From positions 1-52,293 of the IMG/VR virus record IMGVR_UViG_3300020044_009895: 52,293 nt of DNA. One strand, written 5' to 3'. A program made the translations under genes and the position numbers. Below, piece after piece: positions 17,339 to 25,315 of the stretch. A model generated the notes under the pieces. It saw only the letters and a program-made list of their open reading frames with translations, was not told the DNA's origin and did not search any database. Origin of the DNA: a virus. Lineage: Duplodnaviria > Caudoviricetes. Numbering within the stretch: position 1 is the first letter of the stretch; each line of letters starts with the position of its first letter.

Positions 17339-18315
17339 TCCACCCCTGTCAGTAGTTCACGGATCTGGTTCACGCTCAGTCTTACCGCCTGGTCGCTGCT
17401 CATCTTGTCCTGCCGGCGCTCTTTGCTGCAGGTCTGCGCCCATGTGCCTTTGAGCCAGTAAGCGTCTTGGCCTACCCGCCAGAATTCCTGCGCCTCAGAC
17501 TGGCTGATCATTTCCTCGTGCATCTTCTCGCCTGGGGTCAGGCCAGTGCACACCAGTTCCTCCGCATCCATGGCCTTGGCCAAGTCTCCCACTTCATAAG
17601 CCGGCAGGCTTGGAACTACGAGCTCCCCGCCGGTCATGTTGTGGATGGTCCATTGCACCAGGTCTACGGCCTCCTGCAGGCTCATCCAGTAGCGGGTGCA
17701 CCTTGGGTCGGTTACGGTTACCGTTCGCTTGCTTTCCCGCTTGTGCCAAAGCATGGAGCGCCAGGTTGGGATAATCGATCCGGTGGATCCAGCAACATTT
17801 CCGTATCTGGTCACGGCAAAAGCTGGGCCGTCCTGTCCAACGATGTTGTTGGCTGCCAGCATCAGCTTCTCGCCCACCAGCTTGGTGGCGCCGTAGCAGT
17901 TCAGCGGTGCACAGGCTTTGTCGGTGCTTAGGTAGACCACCTCGATCGGTTCCCGGGCGTCCTTGTGCAGATTGATGGCCGATGTGATCACGTTCCGGGT
18001 GCCGTCGACGTTTGTGTTTACCATTTCGATCGGGTTTGTTTCGCCCACCTCCACCCGCTTTAGGGCTGCTGCGTGCACCACCACATCGGCATCGCGCATG
18101 GCCATCTGGAGCCTTGGCTGGTCCCGAACGTCACCGATGAAGAAGCGCAGGCGCTCGTCGTTCTTGAACTTCTGGCGCATCAGGTGCTGGGTGTACTCCC
18201 CTCGGGAGTAGATGCACACCTTGTTGGTGCTTTCATGTTCCAGCAGGTGCTTGGCGAAGGCCTGGCCGAAGTAGCCGGTGCCGCCGGTAATCAGGTAGTT
18301 GATCACTTGATGCAT
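17335..18315 (-). CDS. pseB: UDP-GlcNAc 4,6-dehydratase (inverting), PseB/FlaA1
   Basis: ITGGTGYFG, FFIGDVRD, HAAALK, STDKA, YGATK, RYGNVAGSTGS, GEKMHE. Confidence 0.88.
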   Translation of the reverse strand: MHQVINYLITGGTGYFGQAFAKHLLEHESTNKVCIYSRGEYTQHLMRQKFKNDERLRFFIGDVRDQPRLQMAMRDADVVVHAAALKRVEVGETNPIEMVNTNVDGTRNVITSAINLHKDAREPIEVVYLSTDKACAPLNCYGATKLVGEKLMLAANNIVGQDGPAFAVTRYGNVAGSTGSIIPTWRSMLWHKRESKRTVTVTDPRCTRYWMSLQEAVDLVQWTIHNMTGGELVVPSLPAYEVGDLAKAMDAEELVCTGLTPGEKMHEEMISQSEAQEFWRVGQDAYWLKGTWAQTCSKERRQDKMSSDQAVRLSVNQIRELLTGVE

Positions 18316-18617
18316 CTCCTCACTGCCTCCTGGGTCAACTCCAGCAGGTATTCCTCTGTTCCATATTTTGCCTCAAATCTGGCTTTGTTTGGGTGTCGGC
18401 TTATTTCAATGCTTTGCGCTGGGGCTCCCTGGTGGTGGCCTGGATCGCACAGAGGTATGGTTTCCATGTGGCTCTGGCGCCGGCCGCCTAGAAGGATGTG
18501 GTGAGGGAGCGCTGGGACATACCCGCGATTCTGAATCCGGCAAACAATGCACCCCAGCCGGACGATCTTGTCCATCCATTCCTTCTCGGCCTTGGTTGGG
18601 GTCTTGCCGTGGATCAT
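18303..18617 (-). CDS. Ref-like (recombination enhancement) HNH-type nuclease
   Basis: LGCIVC...HHI...SHMETIPLC..HH...FEAKYGTE. Confidence 0.7.
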   Translation of the reverse strand: MIHGKTPTKAEKEWMDKIVRLGCIVCRIQNRGYVPALPHHILLGGRRQSHMETIPLCDPGHHQGAPAQSIEISRHPNKARFEAKYGTEEYLLELTQEAVRRCIK

Positions 18618-18844
18618 TTGTACCGCTCCCGAATTGCTTGTGCGCTTCTCATCATCGTTTCGCAGTGATACTCTTGTTGGTCACAATCTGAGTCTTCGGT
18701 AATAGACGCGCAATCCTCCGCTATCAGGCGGGCGAAGGCTTCAAGTTGTGTGCGGTTGAATGAAACTTCAAACTGACAGTCGGGGCCATCATCTCCAATA
18801 ACGCAACCAACATCCCTCGCCATACGTTCAATATGTGCGTTCAT
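18614..18844 (-). CDS. Hypothetical phage protein
   Basis: LEAFARLIAEDCA...AQAIRER pattern; coupled overlaps. Confidence 0.55.
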   Translation of the reverse strand: MNAHIERMARDVGCVIGDDGPDCQFEVSFNRTQLEAFARLIAEDCASITEDSDCDQQEYHCETMMRSAQAIRERYK

Positions 18845-19185
18845 TTCCCCTCCCGCGCTGCGTCGATGGCTGCGTCAAGCATCTTGCCGGTAAGCAAACC
18901 TTTTCCAAAGTCTCCGCGAGAGTAGTAGCACTTTTGAACTGGATTGGTCGGCTCACGCAGCCATCGATACCTCTCCGCATCAGCTTTGAGCGCATCCAAA
19001 CCAGCGTTAGTCGCGGCAAGGCAGTTCCCGCACGTTCCAGGGTCGGAGGTTGTAAAGCCATCGCCACAAGCGCAGGTTGCCAGTTCTTTGAGCGCATCTC
19101 GCTCTGCCGTAACTTCGGCAAGCTGGCGGGTGAGTTCGGCGATTTTTGCCCAACCTTTTTCCATCGTTTCAAAGTCGCTCATCAT
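18841..19185 (-). CDS. Hypothetical phage protein
   Basis: DAERYRWLR...LDAAIDAA motif common in proteobacterial phages. Confidence 0.6.
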   Translation of the reverse strand: MMSDFETMEKGWAKIAELTRQLAEVTAERDALKELATCACGDGFTTSDPGTCGNCLAATNAGLDALKADAERYRWLREPTNPVQKCYYSRGDFGKGLLTGKMLDAAIDAAREGK

Positions 19186-19209
19186 TCCCCCTTCGGCATC
19201 GTTGCCGGT

Positions 19210-19755
19210 TCAGGTCGTTCCATTCCGGGCGTCACGTAGACCGCGTGCATAGCCTTTTTCTTCTTCGCGTTGAAGTGCTAAATAGTGCGCCGATTCAAGA
19301 GCGGCAATTGTCCTGTGCAGATCGGTATCTTCCTCTCTGTAACGGCTCAACTCCGCTTCCATCTCACGCACATGCGCTGCGTCGATCTGGCAAATGGGCT
19401 GCACACGCTCAGTCGCACCAAAATGCAAACGCGCATCTTCCACGTTCGTAAATGACTCGGCGCAATGAAAGCATTTCCACGCAACTGGCTCCGGCGTTGA
19501 TGGGGTGATCCCACATAGCGCATCAAGTATTTCCTTTTGCACATCGGCAGGCGGATTCGTGTCAAAATCTGCCCGTGCAACTCGTAAGGAGCCGCAGCAA
19601 ATAACTCCGTTTGAATGCCGAAACGGACCCCACTTACCCAACATTTCTAAAACTGGATCAGGCTCCAGCGTTGCTGCTGCTTGGGCTGCATAGTGCTCGC
19701 ACTTGTAATCGTGGTTTCCGTTTATTCCACTACATTTACAAACTTCCATCTTCAT
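19210..19755 (-). CDS. Hypothetical protein with Cys/His motif
   Basis: AGGAGA SD; WKCFHCAESF...ARLHFG. Confidence 0.6.
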   Translation of the reverse strand: MKMEVCKCSGINGNHDYKCEHYAAQAAATLEPDPVLEMLGKWGPFRHSNGVICCGSLRVARADFDTNPPADVQKEILDALCGITPSTPEPVAWKCFHCAESFTNVEDARLHFGATERVQPICQIDAAHVREMEAELSRYREEDTDLHRTIAALESAHYLALQREEEKGYARGLRDARNGTT

Positions 19756-19764
19756 TCTCCTGTT

Positions 19765-19873
19765 TGGTGGGGCGGCGGGCTACCTTCGTTTTTGACGTAC
19801 TGTGTAGTCATGAGATGACAGGCCTTTCACGAGATTGCACCCCTGCAATCCAACTCCGGTCATGCGCCGCCCC
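19765..19873 (-). ncRNA. Putative structured RNA with a tRNA-like acceptor stem and ACCA end
   Basis: GGGGCGGCG...CGCCGCCCC-ACCA closing stem and inner hairpin GATTGCA-GGGG-TGCAATC; no TTCGA loop. Confidence 0.35.
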
Positions 19874-19879
19874 GTTGAT

Positions 19880-19951
19880 CTACACCTTCATCAGTTGCTT
19901 CAGCCATTCAATCCCGCGCTCGTCCCTTACTGCAGCCCCACTTACCTCAAA
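19880..19951 (-). pseudogene. Displaced original 3' end of the 20563-21090 endonuclease gene
   Basis: FEVSGAAVRDERGIEWLKQLMKV* aligns with LYVTGKMVRSGDSIVLVTEFL. Confidence 0.45.
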
Positions 19952-20594
19952 TCCCAGCAATCGCTTCCTCATATTTTTCTCGCCAATACATTGCCATCAA
20001 CCTGGCTGTGTTGTGGTCCATGTTGTTCTCGGCAATTGAGCCTAGCAGCAAATTCTCCGGCCGGTTGTCGTCTTTAATTCCATTGAAGTGCCTAACAACA
20101 GTTCCAGATGGGAGTTTTCCGTACTTTTTCAAAGCGACTAGCCTATGCTCGGCTACCAATCCACGGCCGGATGCTCTGACGCTTCTATGCCACATTGAAT
20201 GCTCATCGCAAAGAGCAATATCTGCTTGCGTCATACCACTTGCCGAAAGATAAATGTACCCGCTGCTGCTCCTCTGCCTACCAGTTCTTTGACGCGCTGG
20301 CTTCCACGCTATGCCGTTTCGGTTGAGGGTATGGAAGTCGATCCAATGCCAATATCTGGCGGATGGTATTTTGCTTTTTTCATTTCTTGCCCATACCAAT
20401 TTCCCATTCCTTCGTTTCCAATCCACTTCCCATGAGTCGGACCTGTATACCGGCGTCTGAATGCCAATCTTCCTCATGTATCCGGTTGGCACCAAATGCC
20501 ACTCTCTACCTGATTTCAGATGTGAATTCAAATTCCTTCCCCACACCATAGTGCCAGTGGTATTAGGGTGTGCCCAATCTAGTTCCCATGTCAC
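19947..20594 (-). CDS. HNH homing endonuclease
   Basis: VAEHRLVA...VVRHFNGIKDDNRPENL; AT-rich. Confidence 0.8.
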   Translation of the reverse strand: MTWELDWAHPNTTGTMVWGRNLNSHLKSGREWHLVPTGYMRKIGIQTPVYRSDSWEVDWKRRNGKLVWARNEKSKIPSARYWHWIDFHTLNRNGIAWKPARQRTGRQRSSSGYIYLSASGMTQADIALCDEHSMWHRSVRASGRGLVAEHRLVALKKYGKLPSGTVVRHFNGIKDDNRPENLLLGSIAENNMDHNTARLMAMYWREKYEEAIAGI

Positions 20595-21090
20595 TGTTCA
20601 AAAACTCCGTTACAAGGACGATGCTATCGCCAGATCTGACCATCTTACCAGTTACATATAACACTTTCCACCCATTTATTATGCACAAATTATGTTTCTC
20701 TATGTCCCTCTCCCACTTTCCTTTTATGCGATGAACCATTCCCTGTACCTCCAGGCCGATCTTCATGTCCGGCCAGGCAAAGTCCAAGCGCATGTCCCGG
20801 CCTTTGATGTGGTAATACTCCTCGATCGGATCGGGTAGTCCTGCTGTCTGGATCTGCTGGCGCATGCGGATGTGTATCTGGCTGGGTCCTGGTGGCGCCT
20901 TTGGTTTATCTTGGCCTGACGGATATTTGCCGCGGCTCACGGCGATCGCTTTAGGTTCCGTCTGACCTGTCTGGGCCAAGGTTTGCGATCCACCCTGGTT
21001 CGGTGCACGGTACGGCTTGGTTTCCCGTATGCCAGTGCGTTTCTGGAATTCCTTGAAGTCCTCCTCGGACTTAAAGCGCATCATGCCCAT
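20563..21090 (-). CDS. PD-(D/E)xK/DUF559-like phage endonuclease (possible resolvase)
   Basis: EEYY...RLDFAWPDMKIGLEVQG...RDIEKHN...GWKVL. Confidence 0.7.
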   Translation of the reverse strand: MGMMRFKSEEDFKEFQKRTGIRETKPYRAPNQGGSQTLAQTGQTEPKAIAVSRGKYPSGQDKPKAPPGPSQIHIRMRQQIQTAGLPDPIEEYYHIKGRDMRLDFAWPDMKIGLEVQGMVHRIKGKWERDIEKHNLCIINGWKVLYVTGKMVRSGDSIVLVTEFLNSDMGTRLGTP

Positions 21091-22076
21091 TATCCGGCCG
21101 CTTCCGCTTCATCAAAATTCAATGATTCTGACGTTTCAATGTCTTTGCGGCCGGCAGCAGCCATCTGCACATTCTTGACCGCCTGCCGGTAGTAGCTTGG
21201 CTTGAGCTCAACGCCCATGCCGCGGCGCCCGAGCAGCACCGGGCTATAAACTTCGCTGCCAACTCCCATGAATGGGGTGAACACTGTTTCGCCTGGGTTG
21301 CTGAAAAGCTCCACACACCGGTCAATCACGTCAAGCTGCAGCGGGTGCACGTGCTTTTCATCCTCGCTGTCGCGCGCTTCACGAAATGGTAGCACTCGGT
21401 TGATCCTGATGTCATCCCACATGCAATCGGCGTATTGCCGCCAGATCCAGTGCGAAAACCTGTTCTCGGTTTGCTTGCCAGTCCAGCCGCGATAGCTCAT
21501 CACATCCGATGGCGGAACACGTTCACCGGCATAGTCCATCATTCCATGCGGGTGTTGGACCGGCATAGGGTTCGTACCGGCACGACGGAAGGTCAGCAGG
21601 AAGTCGGCCGATGCCACTCCACAATCAATTGAATCAGCCACGAGTGAGGCGTGCGCCAGGTTCTTCTGCATTGTGCGAAGGCGCACGGCAAGCGGCTCTT
21701 TCCAGATTGCACGCCGACCTGTATAGCGCCATCCCTCTTTCTCGTGCAACCTGATGATGTCGCCAGGAAAATCGATCAGCGCATCTGTGCCGCTGTTGCT
21801 GCGCGGCACATCCATGCAATGCACTGCGCTAATCCTTCCGGCCATCGTAACCCTGGCCAGTTCCCGAACAATGAAGGTGTAGTGCTCGAAGAACGAATCG
21901 TAGTCATCGCAGTTCGACAGGTCGCGCTCGTTGCTGCTGTAGTGGTACAGGCCGCCGAATGGTGGCGAGTAGATCGAATGGTGAATGACTCCATCCGGCA
22001 GGCCTGCCATCACCTCCATGCAGTCAGCGTTGTAGATGGCAAACTTCTCGGTAATGCACTGGTCGATCACAGCCAC
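21090..22076 (-). CDS. DNA N4-cytosine/N6-adenine methyltransferase (beta class)
   Basis: Catalytic YSPPF precedes the SAM motif TPFMGVGS; also HVHPLQ and GVELK. Confidence 0.88.
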   Translation of the reverse strand: MAVIDQCITEKFAIYNADCMEVMAGLPDGVIHHSIYSPPFGGLYHYSSNERDLSNCDDYDSFFEHYTFIVRELARVTMAGRISAVHCMDVPRSNSGTDALIDFPGDIIRLHEKEGWRYTGRRAIWKEPLAVRLRTMQKNLAHASLVADSIDCGVASADFLLTFRRAGTNPMPVQHPHGMMDYAGERVPPSDVMSYRGWTGKQTENRFSHWIWRQYADCMWDDIRINRVLPFREARDSEDEKHVHPLQLDVIDRCVELFSNPGETVFTPFMGVGSEVYSPVLLGRRGMGVELKPSYYRQAVKNVQMAAAGRKDIETSESLNFDEAEAAG

Positions 22077-23431
22077 GATGGAACCTCCATTTTTTTGTTC
22101 ATGTTGTTTGCCCGGTCAATCTTGAGCGCGTTGTTCATTTCCGCCACCAGCCGCGAAAACATTTCGTCGGCCTGTTCCGCCTTGCGTTGCAAATTCTGCA
22201 TTACTCCACGCTCACCCTCTGTGCTGATAATGTCTACCTTTACTGCACACTTTTGCCCGAAGCGCCAGCAACGGCGCACGGACTGGTAATACTGCTCAAA
22301 CGAGTGCGATGGGAAAAACGTCACATGGTTGCAGTGCTGGAAGTTCAAGCCCCATGCGCCGATCTTCGGTTTCGTAATCAGGATGCGCGCCTTGCCGGCG
22401 GCAAAGGCTTCAAGCTTTTCCTCTTTCGCATCGTCAGAATCACTTCCGGAAACCTGCACCGCATCTGGTATCAACTGTTCAAGTAAGTCGCCTTCGTCGT
22501 TCAGGTGGCACCACACCAGCGCCGGCTGGCCGGTTTGGTTGACCAGTGCAGCGGTTCGCTCGCACCGCTCCTGGATCGTCCTGCGCCGTTCCTCGCGCTG
22601 CTCTTTCAAGCCAACGGCAGGCATGGCGAACAGCATCCCTGGCGCGAGCGTTTGTGCTTCGACCAGGTGCTCTACTTCATTGAGCGGCGGCAGGATAAAC
22701 CGCGCATCGTCAAAGCCAAGGTCAGACGGCCTGCGGATTGCCCGGGCCCATGAACAGACCCAACGCCAGAAGGGTAGCTCGGCATGGCCCTTCAAGCGCC
22801 ACTTCACCACCTCGCCACGCATGCGGCCGGTGGCGCTGTTGTTCAGGTCGTTCTTAAAGAACCGATTGAGCATGTCCATGTGCCCCATGTAGCCCAATGC
22901 CTCAGACGAAGTGCCGAGCTCGATGTAATCGTTCGGCGCCGCGGTCGCGGTTTGCAAAAGGCGGTACGGCACCTTGCGCATAAACTCAGTGATCTCTTTT
23001 TTTCGTTGGCCGGCAAAGCTCTTGAGGATGCTCGACTCGTCGCACACCACCCCGGAGAAGTCATCCGGCGAAAAGTAATGCAGCCGCTCGTAGTTCGCCA
23101 CGATCACATGCCCATCGTGCGCGCCGTCCTTTGATTGTTTCGCTTCAATCCCAAACTTGTTAGCCTCACGCACAGTCTGCGATGCAACCGCCAAAGGGGT
23201 CAGGTACAGCACTGGCTTGTTGGTATGCCGCACCACGTTTGATGCCCAAGTAAGCCCCATCGGTGTTTTGCCAAGCCCGCAGTCTGCAAAAACGGCGCAG
23301 CGCCCTTTGCTTACCGACCACTCAACCAACTCGCGCTGAAAATCAAACAGTAAGTCAGGCATAAACACGGGCTTAAATCCGCTGTCAGCACCGCCTTGCG
23401 ACTTACGATCGAGAAATTCCAAATACCTCAT
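22067..23431 (-). CDS. SF2 (SNF2-like) helicase
   Basis: DCGLGKT, CDESS, TATAAPN, GLNFQ, YQSVRRCWRFGQ. Confidence 0.88.
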   Translation of the reverse strand: MRYLEFLDRKSQGGADSGFKPVFMPDLLFDFQRELVEWSVSKGRCAVFADCGLGKTPMGLTWASNVVRHTNKPVLYLTPLAVASQTVREANKFGIEAKQSKDGAHDGHVIVANYERLHYFSPDDFSGVVCDESSILKSFAGQRKKEITEFMRKVPYRLLQTATAAPNDYIELGTSSEALGYMGHMDMLNRFFKNDLNNSATGRMRGEVVKWRLKGHAELPFWRWVCSWARAIRRPSDLGFDDARFILPPLNEVEHLVEAQTLAPGMLFAMPAVGLKEQREERRRTIQERCERTAALVNQTGQPALVWCHLNDEGDLLEQLIPDAVQVSGSDSDDAKEEKLEAFAAGKARILITKPKIGAWGLNFQHCNHVTFFPSHSFEQYYQSVRRCWRFGQKCAVKVDIISTEGERGVMQNLQRKAEQADEMFSRLVAEMNNALKIDRANNMNKKMEVPSWL

Positions 23432-23829
23432 ACAGCCTCCTTTTGAATTTTCCTATTTCTTACCCTGGCCAGCTTCTCCTCTGGTCCCAAGGCATCCCAC
23501 TCCGCTTGTTTCCGTTCCCGCTCTTTCCGCAGATTGGCAGCCTTCTGGGCTTCGAGTTCGAGTACGTTGATCTCCTCGGCCACCTGGTCCTCCCATCGTT
23601 CCCCCAGCAGCCATCTGTGGGGGTCTGGGATAAATCCCCGTACCCATCTGTCAGTTCGCTTCTGGTTCTCTATGGCCTGCAGGAGCTCGTCCATGCTGGG
23701 CCTGACCTTGCGGGTCTGGAAGAATGCCTTGCGTGCCTCTCCCTTGTTTTGCTTGCTCGGGTAGGCTTTCCAGAACACATCGAAGTCCTCTGGTTCCTTG
23801 GAGGTGGGGGGTACGATGGTCAGTTGCAT
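23428..23829 (-). CDS. Putative replication initiator-related protein
   Basis: Start MQLTIV with GGAGAG SD; FDVFWKAYP.K..K..A.KAF...FIPDPHRWL.GERWED domain. Confidence 0.6.
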   Translation of the reverse strand: MQLTIVPPTSKEPEDFDVFWKAYPSKQNKGEARKAFFQTRKVRPSMDELLQAIENQKRTDRWVRGFIPDPHRWLLGERWEDQVAEEINVLELEAQKAANLRKERERKQAEWDALGPEEKLARVRNRKIQKEAV

Positions 23830-24100
23830 AGGCTCTCCAAGGGTGGACAGGGTAGCTGTCCAGTCTCTCCGGGTAGGGAAGGGAAGCGGTGCTTTGCCTT
23901 CGATACCCCAAGTGCGCGAGGCGGGAGGTTCCTTTCGCTGCCGGCCTGGTTCCACCGTAGTGCCTGCAGCTTTACCCGGTACCCCTTACCTAGTCCGGGT
24001 CGGCGCGCACCCTGGTGACAGGTGGCCGGTGTTTTCTGATCTGCAGCCCATGCAGGCTCTCTGCTTACCCGGATCGTGGGAGCTTTGTGATCCCCCATGA

Positions 24101-24232
24101 AAAAGCCCACGTGCTGGGCAGATTCTTGGGGGTTGGCACCCGAGTCGCCCTGGCGGTGCAGTCCACCAAGGTACCCACTTCCGAAAATCCGCCCACCGCG
24201 TGGGCCTTCCTGCATGTCGCCCGGTGCCACCC
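24101..24232 (-). ncRNA. Putative c4-like antisense/structured RNA upstream of the replication genes
   Basis: Nested stems AAGGCCCACG/CGTGGGCTTT and TGGGCGGATTTTCGG/CCAAGAATCTGCCCA, with G-U pairs favouring the minus strand. Internal GGTGCCAACC is complementary to upstream GGTGGCACC. Confidence 0.45.
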
Positions 24233-24252
24233 GGGAACTTGTTGCAATCATC

Positions 24253-24465
24253 TTACCCCCCCTTTTTCTGGCTTGTCAACTGCGGCTTGATTCCCAGCAT
24301 CACCGCATCATGGTGTATCTGGCTTGCCCGCTGGTGGCTGTTCACCCCAATTGTCTCGGCAATCTCGTACCAGGTCTTGCCCTGAGCTCTCAGGTTTACG
24401 GCCATCTTCATCTGCTTTTCCTTCAGGTCAATCCGCGCTCGGCGCTCGGCTATGGTCAGTGGCAT
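24253..24465 (-). CDS. Cro-like helix-turn-helix regulator
   Basis: GAGGA SD; LRAQGKTWYEIAETIGVNSHQRASQI HTH; first gene of the leftward operon. Confidence 0.65.
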   Translation of the reverse strand: MPLTIAERRARIDLKEKQMKMAVNLRAQGKTWYEIAETIGVNSHQRASQIHHDAVMLGIKPQLTSQKKGG

Positions 24466-24496
24466 GTTCGGTCCTCGGTTCGTTGTTTCTGGGTGC

Positions 24497-24562
24497 ACTT
24501 TATACCCATTGCAAAATAAATGCAAATCTTTTCTTGCATTTTATTTGCGGCCATGTTTCAAT
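24497..24562. promoter_or_regulatory. Back-to-back divergent sigma70 promoters with an operator-like inverted repeat
   Basis: Minus strand TTGCAT-N17-TAAAGT; plus strand TTGCAT-N17-TTCAAT. Imperfect IR GCAAAATAAATGCAA (24511-24525) / TTGCATTTTATTTGC (24534-24548) at the strand switch. Confidence 0.6.
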
Positions 24563-24606
24563 GGCTTCGTGGCGCTCAATTCCTGAGCGTGTAACTGGAG
24601 AACGAA

Positions 24607-24816
24607 ATGGCCACCAATGAATCACTGCACATCGTTGTTGAGGTTCGTACCGTCTACGGTAACGAGATGATCTACCCGGCCTGCGAGAAGGCTCAGTCCT
24701 TCTGCGCCATTGCCGGCACCCGCACCTTGCCGCGGCACCTGTTGAAGCACATCACCGCCCTGGGGTTCGAGGTGCGTGTTGCTCCTGCCATTACCGTTCT
24801 GGCGGTGCCAGCATGA
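24607..24816 (+). CDS. Hypothetical early protein
   Basis: GGAG SD; VYGNEMIYP.CEKA..F..IAGTRTL motif. Confidence 0.65.
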   Translation: MATNESLHIVVEVRTVYGNEMIYPACEKAQSFCAIAGTRTLPRHLLKHITALGFEVRVAPAITVLAVPA

Positions 24817-25199
24817 AGCGCTTTCTGATTCGCTACTGGTTCCTGATCTGGTTTGTGATCGGTGCCACCATTGCGCTGGTTGCCGTTCCTGCGGTGGCCC
24901 ATGAGGTTGCCTGGCACAAGTCCACCGTTCGTGAACCTTCACCTGTTAAGCCGGTGATTTTGGAGGTTGACCGGTTTCCCGAAGGCTGCTATCGGAATCG
25001 GATTCCTGGCGTTGCCTCGATGCATGGCCCATTGGGCTGCTACATCCCTTGGTCGAAGGATCAGTACGGCCTGCCAAACCCTGGCTATATTTTGCTGGCC
25101 AAGCGGCTTGCACCTTGGACTCGTGAATGCGTGATTGAGCACGAGCTCAAGCATGATGCTGGGCTGGACCACACTGACGGCTGGGGGGACTGCAAATGA
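24813..25199 (+). CDS. Exported/membrane-anchored protein with HExxH motif
   Basis: N-terminal signal/TM segment; C-terminal HELKHDAGLDH. Confidence 0.55.
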   Translation: MKRFLIRYWFLIWFVIGATIALVAVPAVAHEVAWHKSTVREPSPVKPVILEVDRFPEGCYRNRIPGVASMHGPLGCYIPWSKDQYGLPNPGYILLAKRLAPWTRECVIEHELKHDAGLDHTDGWGDCK

Positions 25200-25315
25200 A
25201 CTGGTTCGTACAATTCCTGCGTGATTCCAACGAGATGGAGCAGCTTGTGGATGACCTTGAAGCTTTTGTTGTGGTGGTGCTGTTCTTTGTGTTCATGTAC
25301 TGGGTGCTGTCATGA
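25196..25315 (+). CDS. 39-aa membrane peptide
   Basis: MNWFVQ...AFVVVVLFFVFMYWVLS*; ATGA overlaps at both ends; below the ORF-track cutoff. Confidence 0.55.
   Translation: MNWFVQFLRDSNEMEQLVDDLEAFVVVVLFFVFMYWVLS

Noticed and set aside
10232-18315. Host LPS/flagellar locus misassembled onto the phage, or a prophage flank
   Set aside because: The genes are interleaved with, and overlap, phage-type genes in one operon between the Ref-like gene and terS. No host housekeeping genes or att/integrase are seen.
19765-19873. Canonical tRNA or tmRNA
   Set aside because: There is no T-loop or D-loop consensus and no G3-U70 pair, and it is too short for tmRNA. Kept only as a tRNA-like candidate.
106-24520. 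Many long plus-strand ORFs (e.g. 3401-4339, 13110-14174), and likewise those in 33430-50341
   Set aside because: They are antisense shadows of high-GC coding genes, with no SD or recognisable motifs.
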